A stretch of DNA of 64,000 nt. Source: Mobula hypostoma (taxonomy: Eukaryota). The stretch spans positions 101,062,001 through 101,126,000 of the forward strand of contig NC_086108.1 in the NCBI RefSeq assembly GCF_963921235.1, read 5' to 3'. Position 1 is the first letter of the stretch; each line of letters begins with the position of its first letter. Both the position numbers and the translations under genes were made by a program. The notes below the pieces were generated by a model. It had not been told where the DNA came from. It saw only the letters and a program-made list of their open reading frames with translations, and searched no databases. Shown here piece by piece: positions 11,513 to 26,500 of this stretch.

Positions 11513-14500
11513 CTAAATGGAGAAAAAGGACATGCATATTTATTTCCTGACTTTGTGGGCTTAAATGCCTCATGACTTCAAATTCCCTAGGTGTTGTTAT
11601 TTCAGTGGATCTGTCCTGGGCCCAGTATGTAAGTGCAATTATGAAGAAAACATGGCACCTTAGCCATTTGTGAAGATTCGGCATGACATCTAAAATTTTG
11701 AGAAACTTTTGTAGATGTGTAGGGCAGAGTATATTGACTAGTGGCATCACAGTCTGGTTCACCCTTGAATGGAAAATCCTACAAAGAGTGGTGGATATGG
11801 CCCAGTCCATTCCAACCATTGAGCTCAATTACATGAAACTCTGTAACAGGAAAGCAGCATCCATCATCAGGGACCCCCACCAGCTAGGACATTAGAATTA
11901 GAATCAGAATCAGGTTTAATATCATTAGCATATGTCATGAAATGTGCTAACTTAGTGGCAACAGTACAATGCAATACATGATACTATAGAAAGATTGTGA
12001 AATACAGTAAATATATATCTATTAAATAGTTAAATTAAATAGGTAGTGCAAAAACAGAAATTTAAAAAGTGGTGAGGTAGTGTTCATGGGTTCAATGTCC
12101 ATTCGGAAACTGGAAGACAGAAAAGAAGCTGTTCATGAATTGTTGAGTGTCTGCCTTTAGGCTTCTGTAACTCCTTCCAGATGGTAGCAATGAGAAGAGG
12201 GCATGTCCTGGGTGGTGGAGGTCCTTAATGGTGGACTTCACCACCTTTGTGATGGACATACTCTCTTCTCGCATCTGCCATCAGAAAGAAGGTACATGAG
12301 CCTCAGGACTCACACTACCAGTTTCAGGAACAGTTATAACCCGTCAACCATCAGGCTGTTGAACCAAAGGGGATAACTTCACTCAACTTCACTTGTCCCA
12401 TCATTAAAATGTTCCCACAATCAATGGTCATCACAAGGACTCTTCATCTCATGTTCTTGATAATTATTTCTTATTTATATATTTATTTACCAATCAATCA
12501 ATTAACTATTTTTTGTATTTGCACAGTTTGTTGTCATCTGCACTCTGGTTGTACTCCCTAGTTAGGCAGTCTTTGATTGATTCTGTTATGGTTATTATTC
12601 TATAGATTTATTGAGTATACCCACAAGAAAATGAATCTCAGGATTATATATGGTGATGTACACTTAAATAATAAAATTTACTTTGAACTTTGATAATTAG
12701 AATCGGAGTTAATATCACTGAATTACATGTTGAGAAATGTGTTGCGTTGCAGCAGCATAATAATGCAAAGATATAAAATTACTATAAATAACAAAAATAA
12801 ATGTGGAAACCATAGAAAGGGTGTAGAGGAGATTTACAAGGATGTTGCCTGGATTGGGGAGCATGCCTTATGAGAATAGGTTGAGTGAACTCAGCCTTTT
12901 TTCCTTGGAGCGACGGAGAATGAGAGGTGACCTGATAGAAGTGTATAAGATGGTGAGAGGCATTGATCATGTGGGTAATCAGAGGCTTTTTTCCCAGGGC
13001 TGGAATGGCTGGCACGAGAGGACACAGTTTTAAGGTGCTTGGAAGCAGGTACAGAGGAGATGTTAGGGGTAAGTTTTTTTATGCAGAGAGCGCTGAGTGC
13101 GTGGAATGGGCTGCCGGCGACGGTGGTGGAGGCGGATACGATAGGGTTTTTTACGAGACTCCTGGACAGGTACATGGAGATCAGATAAACAAAGGGCTGT
13201 GGGTAACCCCAAGTAATTTCTGAGGTAAGGACATGTTCAGCACAGCTTTGTGGGCCGAAAGGCCTGTATTGTGTTGTAGGTTTTCTATGTTTCTAAAGTA
13301 AAAATGCAAAGAAATGGAATAATGAGGTAGTGTTCATGGACAGTTCAGAGATCTTATGACAGAGGGAAAGAAGCTTTTCCTCAATCATTGAGTGTGGATC
13401 TTCATGCTCCTATGCCTCCACCCAGATGGTATTAACACCAAGAGAGCTTGTCCTGAATCATGTGGGTTCTTAATGATGGATACCTCCTCTTGAGGCAGCA
13501 TCTCTAGAAGACGTTCTGGATGGTGGGGAGCTTATGCCTGAGACAGAGCTTGCTGAGTCTACAACTCTTTATAACCTCTTGCAATCTCACACATCAGCAA
13601 TGCAATTTCCATCCAGACCGCAGCTGATTGAGTAATTCTCTGAGCAAACAAGTCAGCTAACCAGATCACAGAATTTTCTGGAGGCCAAACATTTTAATTC
13701 CCATTCTGGCATTTTGTTCCATGGCTTCCTATTGTGCCAAGATGAGGCCATGCTCAGGGTGGAATAGCAACACCTTATATTCCATCTGGATACCCTCCAA
13801 CCAGATGGGATGAATATCAATTTCTCCTTCTAGTTAAAAAAAAAATCCCCCCCTTCTTTTATTCCCTTCTCTGTACTTTTAGCTCTTTTTATTTACCTAT
13901 CACTTTCCCCTCCTCCTTTTCTTTCCCTCATGATCCACTTTCCACTCCTATCAGATTCCTTCTTCTCCAACCCTTTACCTTTCTTAGCCACCTGGGTTCA
14001 CCTACCACTATTGAGGAAATTTCCTTCCGTTCCCCCACCTTTTTATTCTGGTGTCTTCTCCTTTCCTTTTCAGTCCTGAAGAAAGGTCTTGGCCCAAAAC
14101 GTTGACTTTATATTCATTTCCATAAATGCTGCTTGACCTGCTGAGTTCTTCCAGCATTTTGTGTGTGTTGCTCTGGATTCCAGCATCTGCAGATTTTCTC
14201 AAGTTTATGAATGTAATTGATTTTTGTTATGTGTAACTCTCCTCGAGCATGTCATAGAGTTCCTCTAGCATTTCGTGTCATTTGTTCCTACTTGCCAATA
14301 CTTGCTAAGCACCTCCTTTTTTTCTCTTAACCAGGTCCTCAGTACCTCTTGAAAACCAAGGTTCCCTACACTTATTATCTTTAACTTAAATTCCGACAGG
14401 CACATATAAGTTTTGTACAATCAAAATTTCAGTTTTGAAGTCCTTCCATCTTCCAAGTACATATTTTCCAGACAACAGCCTGTCCCAATCCACACTTGCT

Positions 14501-17500
14501 GGATCATTTCTGATGCCATCAAAATTGACCTTTCCTCAATTTAGAACCTCAACCCGCAGATCTGAATTTGCTCCCCCATTAAAAAAAGTAGTCTATGCCT
14601 TTATTTCTTCTACCAAAGTGTATGGTTATACACTTTCCTACACTTTAATCCATCTGCCCTGCTACGTATTGTAGATAATTAAGTCCATAGGACTCACTGC
14701 CTTTTAGTCCCACTGACCTCTGGTGCTATGTTTGTAGTCATATTCTTCAGCTCTTCAATCTTGCTAGAAACTTGGTTCCAATCAGGCTAAATATTTTATG
14801 AAATAATACAGATTTGAAACAGATATACTTTCCCTTGTGCACCAAATCATAGCTGGAGTGGTTTTCTAATGTGAATTACAGGAAATATTAAAGATAGTTA
14901 TTACAGGCTTATTAAATTGCTAGAAAAGGCAGAAACCTGAAGACTTTGAATACTCTAGAATTGAGCAAAGGATGACAAAAGAAATTAATAAAGAAAGAGA
15001 AAACTGAACTTATAATAGCATAAGAACTAAATAGGTTCTTTTGGTATGTAAAATGGGAAAGGCTAGTATGAGTTAATTGGACCCCTGGAGATGCAAGAGG
15101 CTGTAAATGCTGGAACAACACACAAGAAATTCAAGAAACCTAAGAAACGCAGGGAGTCTGGCAACATCTACTGCGGGAGATTAGAGGTCAACGTTTTGGA
15201 TTGAAACCCTTCAGCTGGAGTGAATTGGATCCCTTCCAGGCAGTAAAGTTTATAAGGAAAAAACAATACAGTTAAACAAGAATTTGCTGTTTCTGTTTTT
15301 GCAGAAAGCACATTAAATCACACAGAAATATGAGGAAATCAAGAGTTTTCTGGGAATGAGGTGTTACGAGAATACACATAAAATTAAGATGTTTGCTGGC
15401 CTGGGTTAGCATCAGTGACATCAGCAGTTGGTCTGCCACCTGCCCTCAGGGGAAGGAGAGATAAGGAACAATGGAGCAGCGTCTGGAGATGTGTAATGAA
15501 GGGACGTGGGAGAGAGAGAGCTGTCTGGAGCGGCTCCCCCTTTGAACCCTGAACTGTTTGAAGTGGTGGACAGGCGATGCCCCAGCAGGGGGATAAAAAG
15601 GGACAGGTTCGCTAAGGCTGGACACACGCCACCCGAGGTAACGAGACCCTGGAAGCGGTGCGCCTCTCACGAGTGGGTGAGAAGTATCAGACAACGACAA
15701 GGGTGGAAAGGTACGATCAGCGGGAACCCGGTGTGTGTCCGCCCTTGCCTGGGTGCCGGGTTCACTGCAGAGGATTGACCGCATCTGGAGGAGGGGTCAC
15801 AGTCGGTGACCTCAGGTGACATCACCAAGGACCCGCCCAAAAGTTGCTTGTGAGCCATCTCGCTGGTCTGTGAGTGAAGCAGTGTTCTGAATGATCAGTT
15901 GTTCCTGTTCTCTCTGTCTCTTCCCCCACCTTGTCCATCGCCATGGCAACGATTACTGCGAACTGAACTACTAACTGGACTGAACTTTGAGTCATTTTGA
16001 AATTTGGTCATTTACCCCTAGACAACGATAGAGCTTGATTGATGCTGTTATCTTAATTCTGTGCACATGTGTGTTTATCATCACTGAACTGTTGCATTTA
16101 TTATCCTTTCGATTACTGTGTTGCTTGTTTCTTTAATAAAACTTTCTTAGTTCTAGTACTCCAGACTCCAACTGAGTGATCCATTTCTGCTGGTTTGACA
16201 ACCCAGTTACGGGGTACGTAACAGAGGAAATAAATAAACAATAGAAAATTTATACTGAAGATAATTAATCTCCAAGTTGAAAAATTCCAAGGATATGATG
16301 ATGTATATATATTCCAGAGGGGATTTTAGTGGTTGCTGTGTTCATCACCTTCCAAGATCCTACTGATTTTGAAATGGTTTCTGCTGATGAGAGGGGAGCA
16401 AATGTGACTGTTTAATTAAAAAACAAGAGGGGCAGAAAGCAGGGTCTCAGAACTGGAGTTAATGCTGAAATCTATAATTTTAGGTTCTGGTATCAAGACA
16501 CTTAGAAAATTGTAATGAAATTGAACAGAATTAATATGGATTAAGGAAAGACAAATCATTTTGAATAACTGTTTGGAATTCTTTGAGGATGTATCTCAGT
16601 GAGGGAGCGGGTCAGTTAGTGATTTTTGGAATTCTGGAAGGGTTTCATTAAGGTCTTACACAGGAGACTGGTGAACAAAGTGAGTGCACATGGAACTGAA
16701 AGCAGAATACTAGCATGAACTGGGAGTTAACAGACCAAAAAAGAAATAGTTGGACAAAGCAAGCTATTCTCAGGTTGGCTGACTCTGACTAGTGATAGAG
16801 TACAGGGATTGGAGCTGGGGGCCTAAATACTCAAAAGCTTATTGCAATGATAAAAATACAAACATTAGCTTTGTTTGTCACATGTGCATTGAAACATGCA
16901 GTACAGTAGGTCTACAGCAGATGCAATATCACTGGTTCTATCACCTGGACAATACTTATACTGTACTTCTGTCAGGCTGTTGTTTATTGACTAGAGCTCA
17001 GTGTTCAACACAATCATTCTTACAGTTATGAGCAAAAAGCTTCCAAACCTCCCCCTCTAACTGGATCCTCAACTTCCTCATCGGAAGAGCACAATCTGTG
17101 CAGATCAGCAATAACATCTCCACCTCGCTGATTATCAACACTGGTGCACCTCAGGGATGTGTGCTTAGCCTACTGCTTATTTTCTCTACACCCATGATTA
17201 TGTGGCTAGGCCAGCCCAAATGCCATCTTTAAATTTGCTGATGACATAACTGTTGTTGGCAGAATTTCACATGGTGACGAGAAGGTGTACAGGAGTGAGA
17301 TAGATCAGCTAGTTGAGTGGTTTCACAGTAACAACCTTGCACTCAATGTCAGTAAGGCCAAAGAACAGATTGTGGACTTCAGAATGGGTAAGACAAGGCA
17401 ACACTCACCATAGAGGGACGGTCTCTCGTAGAGGGATCAGAAGTCGAAAGAGTGAGCAACTTCAAGTTTCTGTGTGTCAATATCGCTGAGGATCTATCCT

Positions 17501-20500
17501 GGGCCCAACATATTGAGGCAGTTACAAAAAAGGCACAGCAGCGGCTATATTTCATTAGGTGTCTGAAGTGATTTGGTATATCACCAAAGACACTCGCAAA
17601 TTTCTACAGATGTACTGCGGGCTGCTTTCTTGTTGGCTGTATCACCGTCTGGTACGAGGAGGCCATTGCGCAGGATTGACAGAAGCTGCAGAAAGGTGTG
17701 AACTCAGTTATCTCCATAAGGGCACCAGCCTCCATAGAATCCAGGACATCTTCCAAGAGCGATGCCTCAAAAAGGTGGCATCCATCTTTAAGGACCCCCA
17801 TCACCCAGGTGACGTTACCATCAAGATGGAGGTACAGAGGTACAGAAGCCTGAAGGCACATACTCAATGAATCAGGAACAGTTTCTTCCCCCTGCCATCT
17901 GATTTCTGAATGGACCTTGAACGCAAAAATACTACCTCACTACTTTTTTGTACTAATTATTTAATTTAACTATTTTATTTATACATATACTTACTGCAAT
18001 TCGCAGTTTTTATTATTATATATTACAATGTACTGCTGCTGCATAACAACAAATTCCATGATATATGCTGCTGTTATTAAACCTGACTCTGATTCTAAAA
18101 TACATTGTTTTTATGTCACGTCATGGTGTGGAGAACGTATATGCCGTGGCAGGAATTGAAACTCGATCGCTAGTGCTGTAAAGCTTCGTGCTAATCACTG
18201 TGCTACTGTGTTGCCCATGGCAACTGAGGTTTCCAAATGTCCTGTTTCTGTGCTTGCTGATGACATAACTCACAGCAGAAAGGTGAGTGGTGATGAAGAC
18301 TGAAAGAGGCTGAAGGGGGTATAAATGTACTGAGTGAACGGGCAGCAACACCTCAAGTGGAGTACAGGGTGGAAAAATGTGAGTGTAAAAGCAGAACATT
18401 TCTTAAACTGCTGGCAGATTAGGAAATGTTGTTGTTCAAGTTAACCTAAGTACCCTAGTTACAAGATGCAAAGCAATAACGTGCAGATGCAACTTTAATA
18501 AAACAGTATAAACCAGGAATAGGTCCTTTAGCCCACAGTTGGGAAGGAAATTGATATATTGGCAAAAGGTGTTAAATACAGTATTCATTTCCCACTATTG
18601 TCTGTAAGGAGCTTGTGCGTTTTCCCTGTGACTGTGTGGGTTTCCTCCGGGTGCTCTGGTATCTTCACACATTTCAAAGATGTACAGGTTAGGGTTAAAT
18701 TGTGGTCATACTATATTCATGCCAGAACAATGGCGATACTTGCAGACTGCCTCCAGCACAATCCTCAGACTGTGTTGGTCATTCACACTAAGGATGCATT
18801 TCAATGTATGTTTTGATGCACACGTGGCAAATAGAGCTGACCTTTAATCTTTTATTGTGATTATATTGGTCCTGATAATACAATTCCTGGAGCATTTTGT
18901 ACAATTTTGGCCTGAAGTGCAGGTTAAAAAAAAACATATTTGCTTTTGGGCTGAGCAGTGAAGATTCAGCAAAATCCCATGATGCCTGATCTACTGTGCA
19001 ATCAGAGCCTGAGCAGGCTAAGCCACTATTTCCTCAGGTTTAGAAAAAAAATCAGAGGGGACAACAAGGGAGATGCAAAGTACTTTAAGAGGCATTTAGA
19101 TGAGCACAAGAATGTGAAGAAAGTGGAGGAATATGGACATTGTGTGGGCAGAGGAGATTAATTTGGTTAGCCATTTGATTACTAATTGAATTGGTTTGAC
19201 ATAACATTGTAGGCCAAAAGGCCTGTTACTGTGCTGTACTGTTTTATGTTCCATGTTTCTCTGTCCTAGAATGAGGGATCATGGTCTCCAAATAAAGGAT
19301 AAGGTCTTTAGGACTGAATTGTGTAGAAATTCTTTTACTCAAAGGGAGGTCACTTACTGGAGTTCTATTCTCGGGAAGTCACTCATTGGTTGCATTTAAA
19401 ACTGCAATCATTTACTTTGGCTTATTAAGAGTATCACATGATATGGTCATTGAGAAGAAAATATTGTTTGAGGTGGAAGATCTTGTTGAATGGTGGAGCA
19501 GGCTCCACTCCTCCTCTTTCTTAGGTTCAAGAGCCTCCAAGAGGACCAAAACCTTGCTGTGATTTGAAGGCTTTCATGCTTCAATAACCCAGAGAGCTAT
19601 ATTGGCTGCACTCATGGCTTGTGCTTTGGCTTTTAGTAGGGTCATCCATGCCAAAAAGGTCAGGGGGTAGAGGACAGACTAAGAGTGGTCCACGGTCTTC
19701 CAGGTTTGGGGGTTCAGCTCAGGGCTAACAGCCCTGACTAGTAAAACAGAACTGTTACAAAAGCAGCAAAGAAGAATCCTTCTACATCTATGGGCGACAG
19801 TATTCCTGAGTCTCCACCTGGAACTTGTATGACTGACAGTCAAGAAAACAGAGCTTCTGACACAATGAAGGAAGCCTTGAACACCACCGGAGATGGTGGA
19901 CCTTTATTGTTGCCTTAAATGTCAGTGGCATAACAGGCAGTAAGTGTAAGAAGGTTCAAGTGGAGTGAGACTTGCACCCACAGCTCTCTGCCTCTGAAGT
20001 GAGAGTGTCATTGGTAATATCCTAAACAAACCCTTTACTTTGGTGTTCACTTTCATTCCCCTGAATGATCGCAACAGGAAAAAGACTTGGGATGCTCATA
20101 CGTTCAATAAAATCATGGTTTTGATTCGCATATCAGATGTTTCTATCAGTAAAATGCATTGGAACAATTCTGACCCTTGGTCTCTGACCACTGTCTACAT
20201 GTCAACAACAATCCAGGCCTTGATATGAGCTGTAAGGACCAATATAGCCGAACTCAATGATTTACCTTGACATCAAATTGTTCACTGTTACTATAATAAT
20301 TCCACATTGCTACTTTATAATATGTATTACCATTTTCCATGAATCCTGGTAGGCACTTGGCCTGTCCTCCTGTTCTGACTGTTAACTTTGTGGTACCTTC
20401 GAATCCCTGTACACGCACTTTAACCGCATATCTTCCAGTTCCACTAAAGTCGAAGAAATACTTAGAGTAAATCCCGTCATTCCTGACGATATCAGCACCT

Positions 20501-23500
20501 AAAGTCAAAATAAATGGATAAAGACTACTGTCATAATATAAAGAAATCTGAATACAGAAAAATTAAGTGACTGTGTACAAGAGGTACAAAGGATATTAAA
20601 ACTTCACTAATAATTGCTAAAAAACAGGATTATGGAGGTGACTAACCTCACCATAATATGTCCAAACACTGAACTTCAAAACTTTCTTTGGTTGTTGTGT
20701 TGCATTGGCTTTGATGTCAATAGAGCCACAAAGCAGCGCTTTGGTCGAATGAGTCCACGATGCCCATTCAGCTAGACCCAATTTCCTACATTTTGCCTGC
20801 ATCCCTCCAGGATCCTGCTTCCATGTACTTTCTTAAATAATACTATAATCTGCCTCAACCACTTGCTTCTTCTGGCAGATCATTCCATATACTCACCAGA
20901 CTCTTCTTAAAAATTTGCCCCTCAAGTTTCTTTTAAAAACTTTTCCCTCTCATCCTAAGTCTATGTCTCCTAGTTTTAGATTCCCCTGACTTGTGGAAAA
21001 ATACTGTTACTATCCACCTAATCGATACTTCTTATAATTTCTGGTTATAACCAACTAATGCTAATATTTGACTTGCATTTCAGAGTCACGACATGGTGTA
21101 TTAGACAAGATAAATCTGACCTTCTCTAAAAAACTCCAGTGAACTAGATTGGTATGGATTTTTAAAGGAACAATTCCACTGATTGTGGCCACCCTTGGGG
21201 GCTTCCCTTTTATAGTCCCTATTGTTAACTGAATATAAAATGGAGAGTTTTGTTTCATGATGAGATTTGTTGAGTCAGGTCTCTTGATTTAATATTCTGG
21301 TAAGTTAACTTCTGCCCTACCACCACATCCATAACGAAATGGTATAGGAAGATGAAAACAAGACAATTTCACAAGTTGGAATCTGTAAATTAAGCCAAGC
21401 TACACCAACTATTTTTTGATCCAGAGCTGTTTTGCTTTTCAGCTGCACAGAGACTAAAAATCAGCTTTATTTCAAGGCCAAAGTCAAGGTAAAATTTATT
21501 ATCAAAGTACGTATATGTCACCATATTTCTTACAGGCATTCACAGAAAAATAAAGAAATAGAATAGAATTTATGAAAAACTCTACATAAACAAAGACGGA
21601 CAAGCAACCAATAAGCACCAGAAGACAACTGTGCAAAATAAAAAAAAAATAATACTGAGAACATGAATTGTAGAGTCCTTGAAAGTGAGATCATAGTTGC
21701 AGAATCAGTTCAAAGTTCCGGTGAATTTAGTTATCTACGTTGGTTTAGGAGGCTGATTGTTATAGGGTAATAACTGTCCCTGAACCTGGTGGTATAAGAA
21801 CTAATGCTCCTGTACCTCCCATCCAGTAGCAGCAGTGAGAAGACAGCATGGCCTGGATGTTGGGGGTGTTTGAAGATGGATGCTACCTTCTTGCAGTAGT
21901 ACTTCATGCAAGTATATTAAAGGTCAATGTAGACATGGTGCACACAGAGCATTCAGAGCAAGTGCAAGGCCTGGACTCGTTGGTGTATCATTGGAACTAC
22001 TGCTGACTCAATTTAGGAGATGAAAGGAAGGTTGCCTTAGCAATGAGGGGAAGAAGCCTGCACCTGCCGAGAAGGTGTAGATTGAGTTTGTGGAGACGGT
22101 GAGCAACAGAAGCACTGTGCCATGAGATCTCTGAATTTACTGAACTGAGTTATATTTACAACGTTATCTTTCGGTACTGTGATGCCTTACAATCACCTGA
22201 CCAAACAGAGACTGTCCATGAGCCAATGCTGAAAAGCCTTGAGCGAAGCAATTCTTCAGATTGTAATTTTGAATTTACTGACTTTATTCCATGACAAAAA
22301 AGAGATCAAAAATGAGCTTAATTTGTCATATGTATATCAAAGCATCGAAACACATACTATTTGCATCAACAATCAATGTAATCCAAGCTTTTTAAAAGAT
22401 GTTTTAGTGAGCTAGAATGTGGAATAGCCCTTCCGGCCTTTACAGCCACACCGCCCAGCAATCCCCTGATTTTAATCCTAGCCTAATCATGGGACAATTT
22501 AGAATGACCAATTAACCTACCAACCAGTAGGTCTTTGGAATGGGGGAGGAAACCGGAGCACCCAGAGGAAACCCACATGGTTATGGGGAGAAGGTACAAT
22601 CTCTTTACAAACTGCAGTGGGAATTAAACATCAATCTTACAGCTGGCACTGCACCAGCATTACATTAACTACTGGGCTACCTCCAATACACCTCCAAATT
22701 TAGTGGTTTAATCTCACTAATTACATCTTGCGTCACATCACATCATATCCTCCATCACATCACCCCTCACACCCACCTAATTTTGATCAACACTCACCCT
22801 TCATTTTCCTGATGCGTGTCCAGTTATCTGTCCAACATTGCCAGTAACCCTTTTCTTTTTGCAATGTGACACATTTGCCTTATCATCTCCTGACTGAATG
22901 GGGACCATACTATGGCCAGACATTGAGAAGATCCAAGCATGGCGATCGTAAAAACCACTGAGCAGATCACTGGGTTCTCTCTCTCTCCTATTTGTGACAT
23001 TTACTGGGAATGTTGTATACAAAGGGCCCAAAGCATTGTTGAGGATCCCTACCAACCATCTGACAATCTCTTTAACCCACTACTATCAGGAAGGAGGTAC
23101 AGGAACATCAGGTCGAGAACTGCTAGACTGGGTAACAGCTTCTTCCCTTTGGCTGTGAGACTGGTGAATATCCTGCCACCACCAAGCTGTGTTCTGTTTA
23201 CTGTACAGTTTGCTATTTACTGTTTATATGTGTTGTGCTCTACATGCATTGTGAATAATATTTTATTAGTTTATTTATGGTAATATTTTGTTTTATGTGC
23301 CATGTGTGAACCATGGTCCAGAGCAACGTTGATTCGTTTGGTTATACAATCAGATGACAATAAACTTAAACTTGGACTTGTTAAGATTGTGATGTTGCCA
23401 TGGTTAAATCACAGTTGTTCCTTTTGTCCTCATCTGTCCAAAATTGTCACAAGACATGCATGAAAATAATTCTTCAATGGCTTTCTCCCCTCCATGGGCA

Positions 23501-26500
23501 CTGTCACAAGACGAATGGACCTATGGAAGAACTTACGCATGTACCAACGTGGGACTGTTCAAAAAGTTAGATTCTTATCTGCTGAAACACAAGCCAGGAG
23601 GGAAAAGAAGTAAGCACCAGAATTCAAAGTCAGGTATTAATTGTGAAGGTGAAAAGCTTAAGAGAAACATGATGGGGATCTTCTTCACTTAGCGGATGGT
23701 GAGAGTGTGGAACAAGTTGCCAACAGAAGTGGTAGATGTGGGTTTGATTTCAACATTTAAGAGAAATTTGGAGAGGTATATGGATGGGAAGGGTATGGAG
23801 GGCTATGGTCCAGTGCAGATCAATAGGATGAGATGGAATAACAGTTTTGCATTGAATAGATGGGCCAAAGGACTTGTTTTTGTGCTTTAATGTTCTATGA
23901 CTCTAGGAGCAGGGAGAAATGGAGATCACTTTAAGGCAGGGAAGATGAACGTGGGATCCACAGTGACTTGGATCCAAAGATATAGTGTAGTGGTGGAAGG
24001 TTGTTGCACAATTCTAACAGCTTTCAAAGACAATGTGTTATTAATCCCATCATTATGATCTATCATATAGTTCTTTAGAAAGGAAGCTAACTTTCGATAT
24101 ATCTGCAGTTTTGGAATGTTCAATAGGACTACACTTTCTTATTTACAGGGACATTTAATGAGTCCTACCTAATCCATCATCCAAGAGCTTCAGTGTAACT
24201 GGAGGGCCTTTGGGACGTTCAATAATAGCCGTCACATTTGTATTCAGAACCGGCTGAAATCCATAACTAACTTCCACATAGGAAATCATCGGGCTGGTGG
24301 GATCCTTCCTGCTGATGTACCCACTAACTTTGATTGGCGGAGCTTGTGGATCTGCTGCTCGTGACGTTATGATGATTGTTATGACCTGTTTGGTTCCTGG
24401 GTTTTGAATGCTGTAGATCCAAGTTCCAATCTAGGAAACAAAGAGTTAGAAAAATATTATTCTTCCTCATTGACTTGTTTCATATAATCCAGCAGAGCCC
24501 ATGTTGTTCTTATGCCAGCTGAATTGATCTCAGCCAAGTCTCCTAATGTTCATTTCAATTTCTTTTACAGTTACACAGATCTACCATTGCTCTGTGCAGG
24601 AAATATTTACATGATCTGAAAACTCTGGGGACCTTTTTTTTGAAATATGTATACTATGACTATTGAGAATGAAAATTGAACAAATCACATATTTTTGATT
24701 TATTAATTGAAGTATATAATGAAATACAGTACAAAAAAGAAAATCGTTAACATTTTGTAGCTTAGATGGCATCTGTCTTCAGCAGGCTGGTGGTTTATTA
24801 ACAACAAGCTATCCCATTCCATTCTATGTTTATTATTAAAATTTGTGACAGTGTTGTAACTTGAAACACTGACTATGTAAATATGTTGAATCTCTAAAAT
24901 GTTTCAAAGTAATTGTGGTCTGTTTATCATTTAGAAAATTTATGGATTATATTCATCAACTCAATTAATTATGCAATTTCACAATTATATTAGCATAATC
25001 TCAAAATCATACTAACATTATAAGACCATATAAGATATAGGAGAAGAATTAGGCCATTTGGCCTGTCGAGTCAGCTCCTCCATTTCATCATGGTGGTCCA
25101 ATTTTCCTCTCACCCTCAATTTCCTCCCCATATCCCTTCATGCCCTGATCTATCAAGAATCTATCAACCTCTGTATGTATATTTTAGGCTTAGCCTCCTC
25201 ATCTGCCTGTGGAAAGGAATTTCACAGATTCACCACTCTCCGGCTGAAGAAATTCCTCCTCATCTCCATTCTAAACAGACAACCCTCTATTCTGAGGCTA
25301 TCTCCTCTGGTCTTAGACTCTCCTACCATAGGAAATATTCTCTCCACATCCACACCATCAAAGTTTTCACCATTCAATAGGTTTCAATGAGGTCCCCCTC
25401 ATTCTTCTGAATTGCAGCAAATACAGGCCCAGAACCATCAAGTGGTCTTCATATGTCAAGCCAGTCAATCCTGGAATCATTTTCATGAACCTCCTTTGAA
25501 CCCTCTCCAGATTCAGCACATCCTTTCTAAGATAAAGGCCCAGAATTGCTCACAATACTCCAAGTGAGGCCTCACCAGTGCTTTATGTAACAGAAAATTA
25601 CAGCTGCACATGAACGAAGACTATGTGCATGGGAACATTTCAGTCACCGCCGGTCACACACCCATGCAGCTCAGAGGGAACAGTACTCTCAAAATAGCCT
25701 CATTATTATTTGCTTGGCTTGGAAGCAATGGCCAGGACACTTATGGCTGACTGCTTTCCAGCTTTTATTACTGGGCATTGAATTCAGGAAGGGGGACGGT
25801 GCACATGTTCCTGTCTACATCTTGATGAAAAGCTTCAAAGATATGCACAATCAACACTTTTTATTGACACTTTTACCTTCAACTCTATTATTAAGCGCAC
25901 TATCTACAATGCTAATCTACTGGAAGAAAATTGCAAATAGTTGTGCAGAAGCCTAAAGATACCAAAGCCAAACCTTTTCCACTCACTATCAGTCTCATCC
26001 ATTCTCTAAAGATAAAGCTTAGCTTTTTTTTATTACACGTACATCAAAACATGCAGCAAAATGTGGCATTTGTGTGAACAATCAACACAGTCTGAGGATT
26101 GCTCTGGGTGAAACCTGCAAGTGAGACTATGGCGACCCACCTTCCAGCGCACACAAAACGGCACGCGGCGGCAGAGAGGCCGGCCCCAAAAAGGGCGCCA
26201 GGCCATCTTCACCAGCAGGGGAAAATCCACGCGCGGGAAGGGTCTGTGAATATGCGTTCCCCACAGCAGTCCCGCCCAGGGAGGGCGGGAACGGGAAGGT
26301 TTTAAAGGAGGCTGTGAAGTTTGAATAAATCTCTTTTATCGCAACTCCAACTCACCGACTACGTGTCATTATTCTAGCGCTGTGTGTAGCACATCGTTAC
26401 AATTGGTGACCTCGATGGCACAAACGATATTTGGACCAGAGATGACCAACACCGCATCTGTTCACGCAGCTTCGTTAAAACTGCCAAGCTTCTGGACGCT

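Noticed and set aside
11259..11828. 189-aa ORF that looks like a TE-CLCA fusion
   Set aside because: Chance read-through from antisense Rex sequence into exon 13; a proper AG acceptor lies at 11513-11514.
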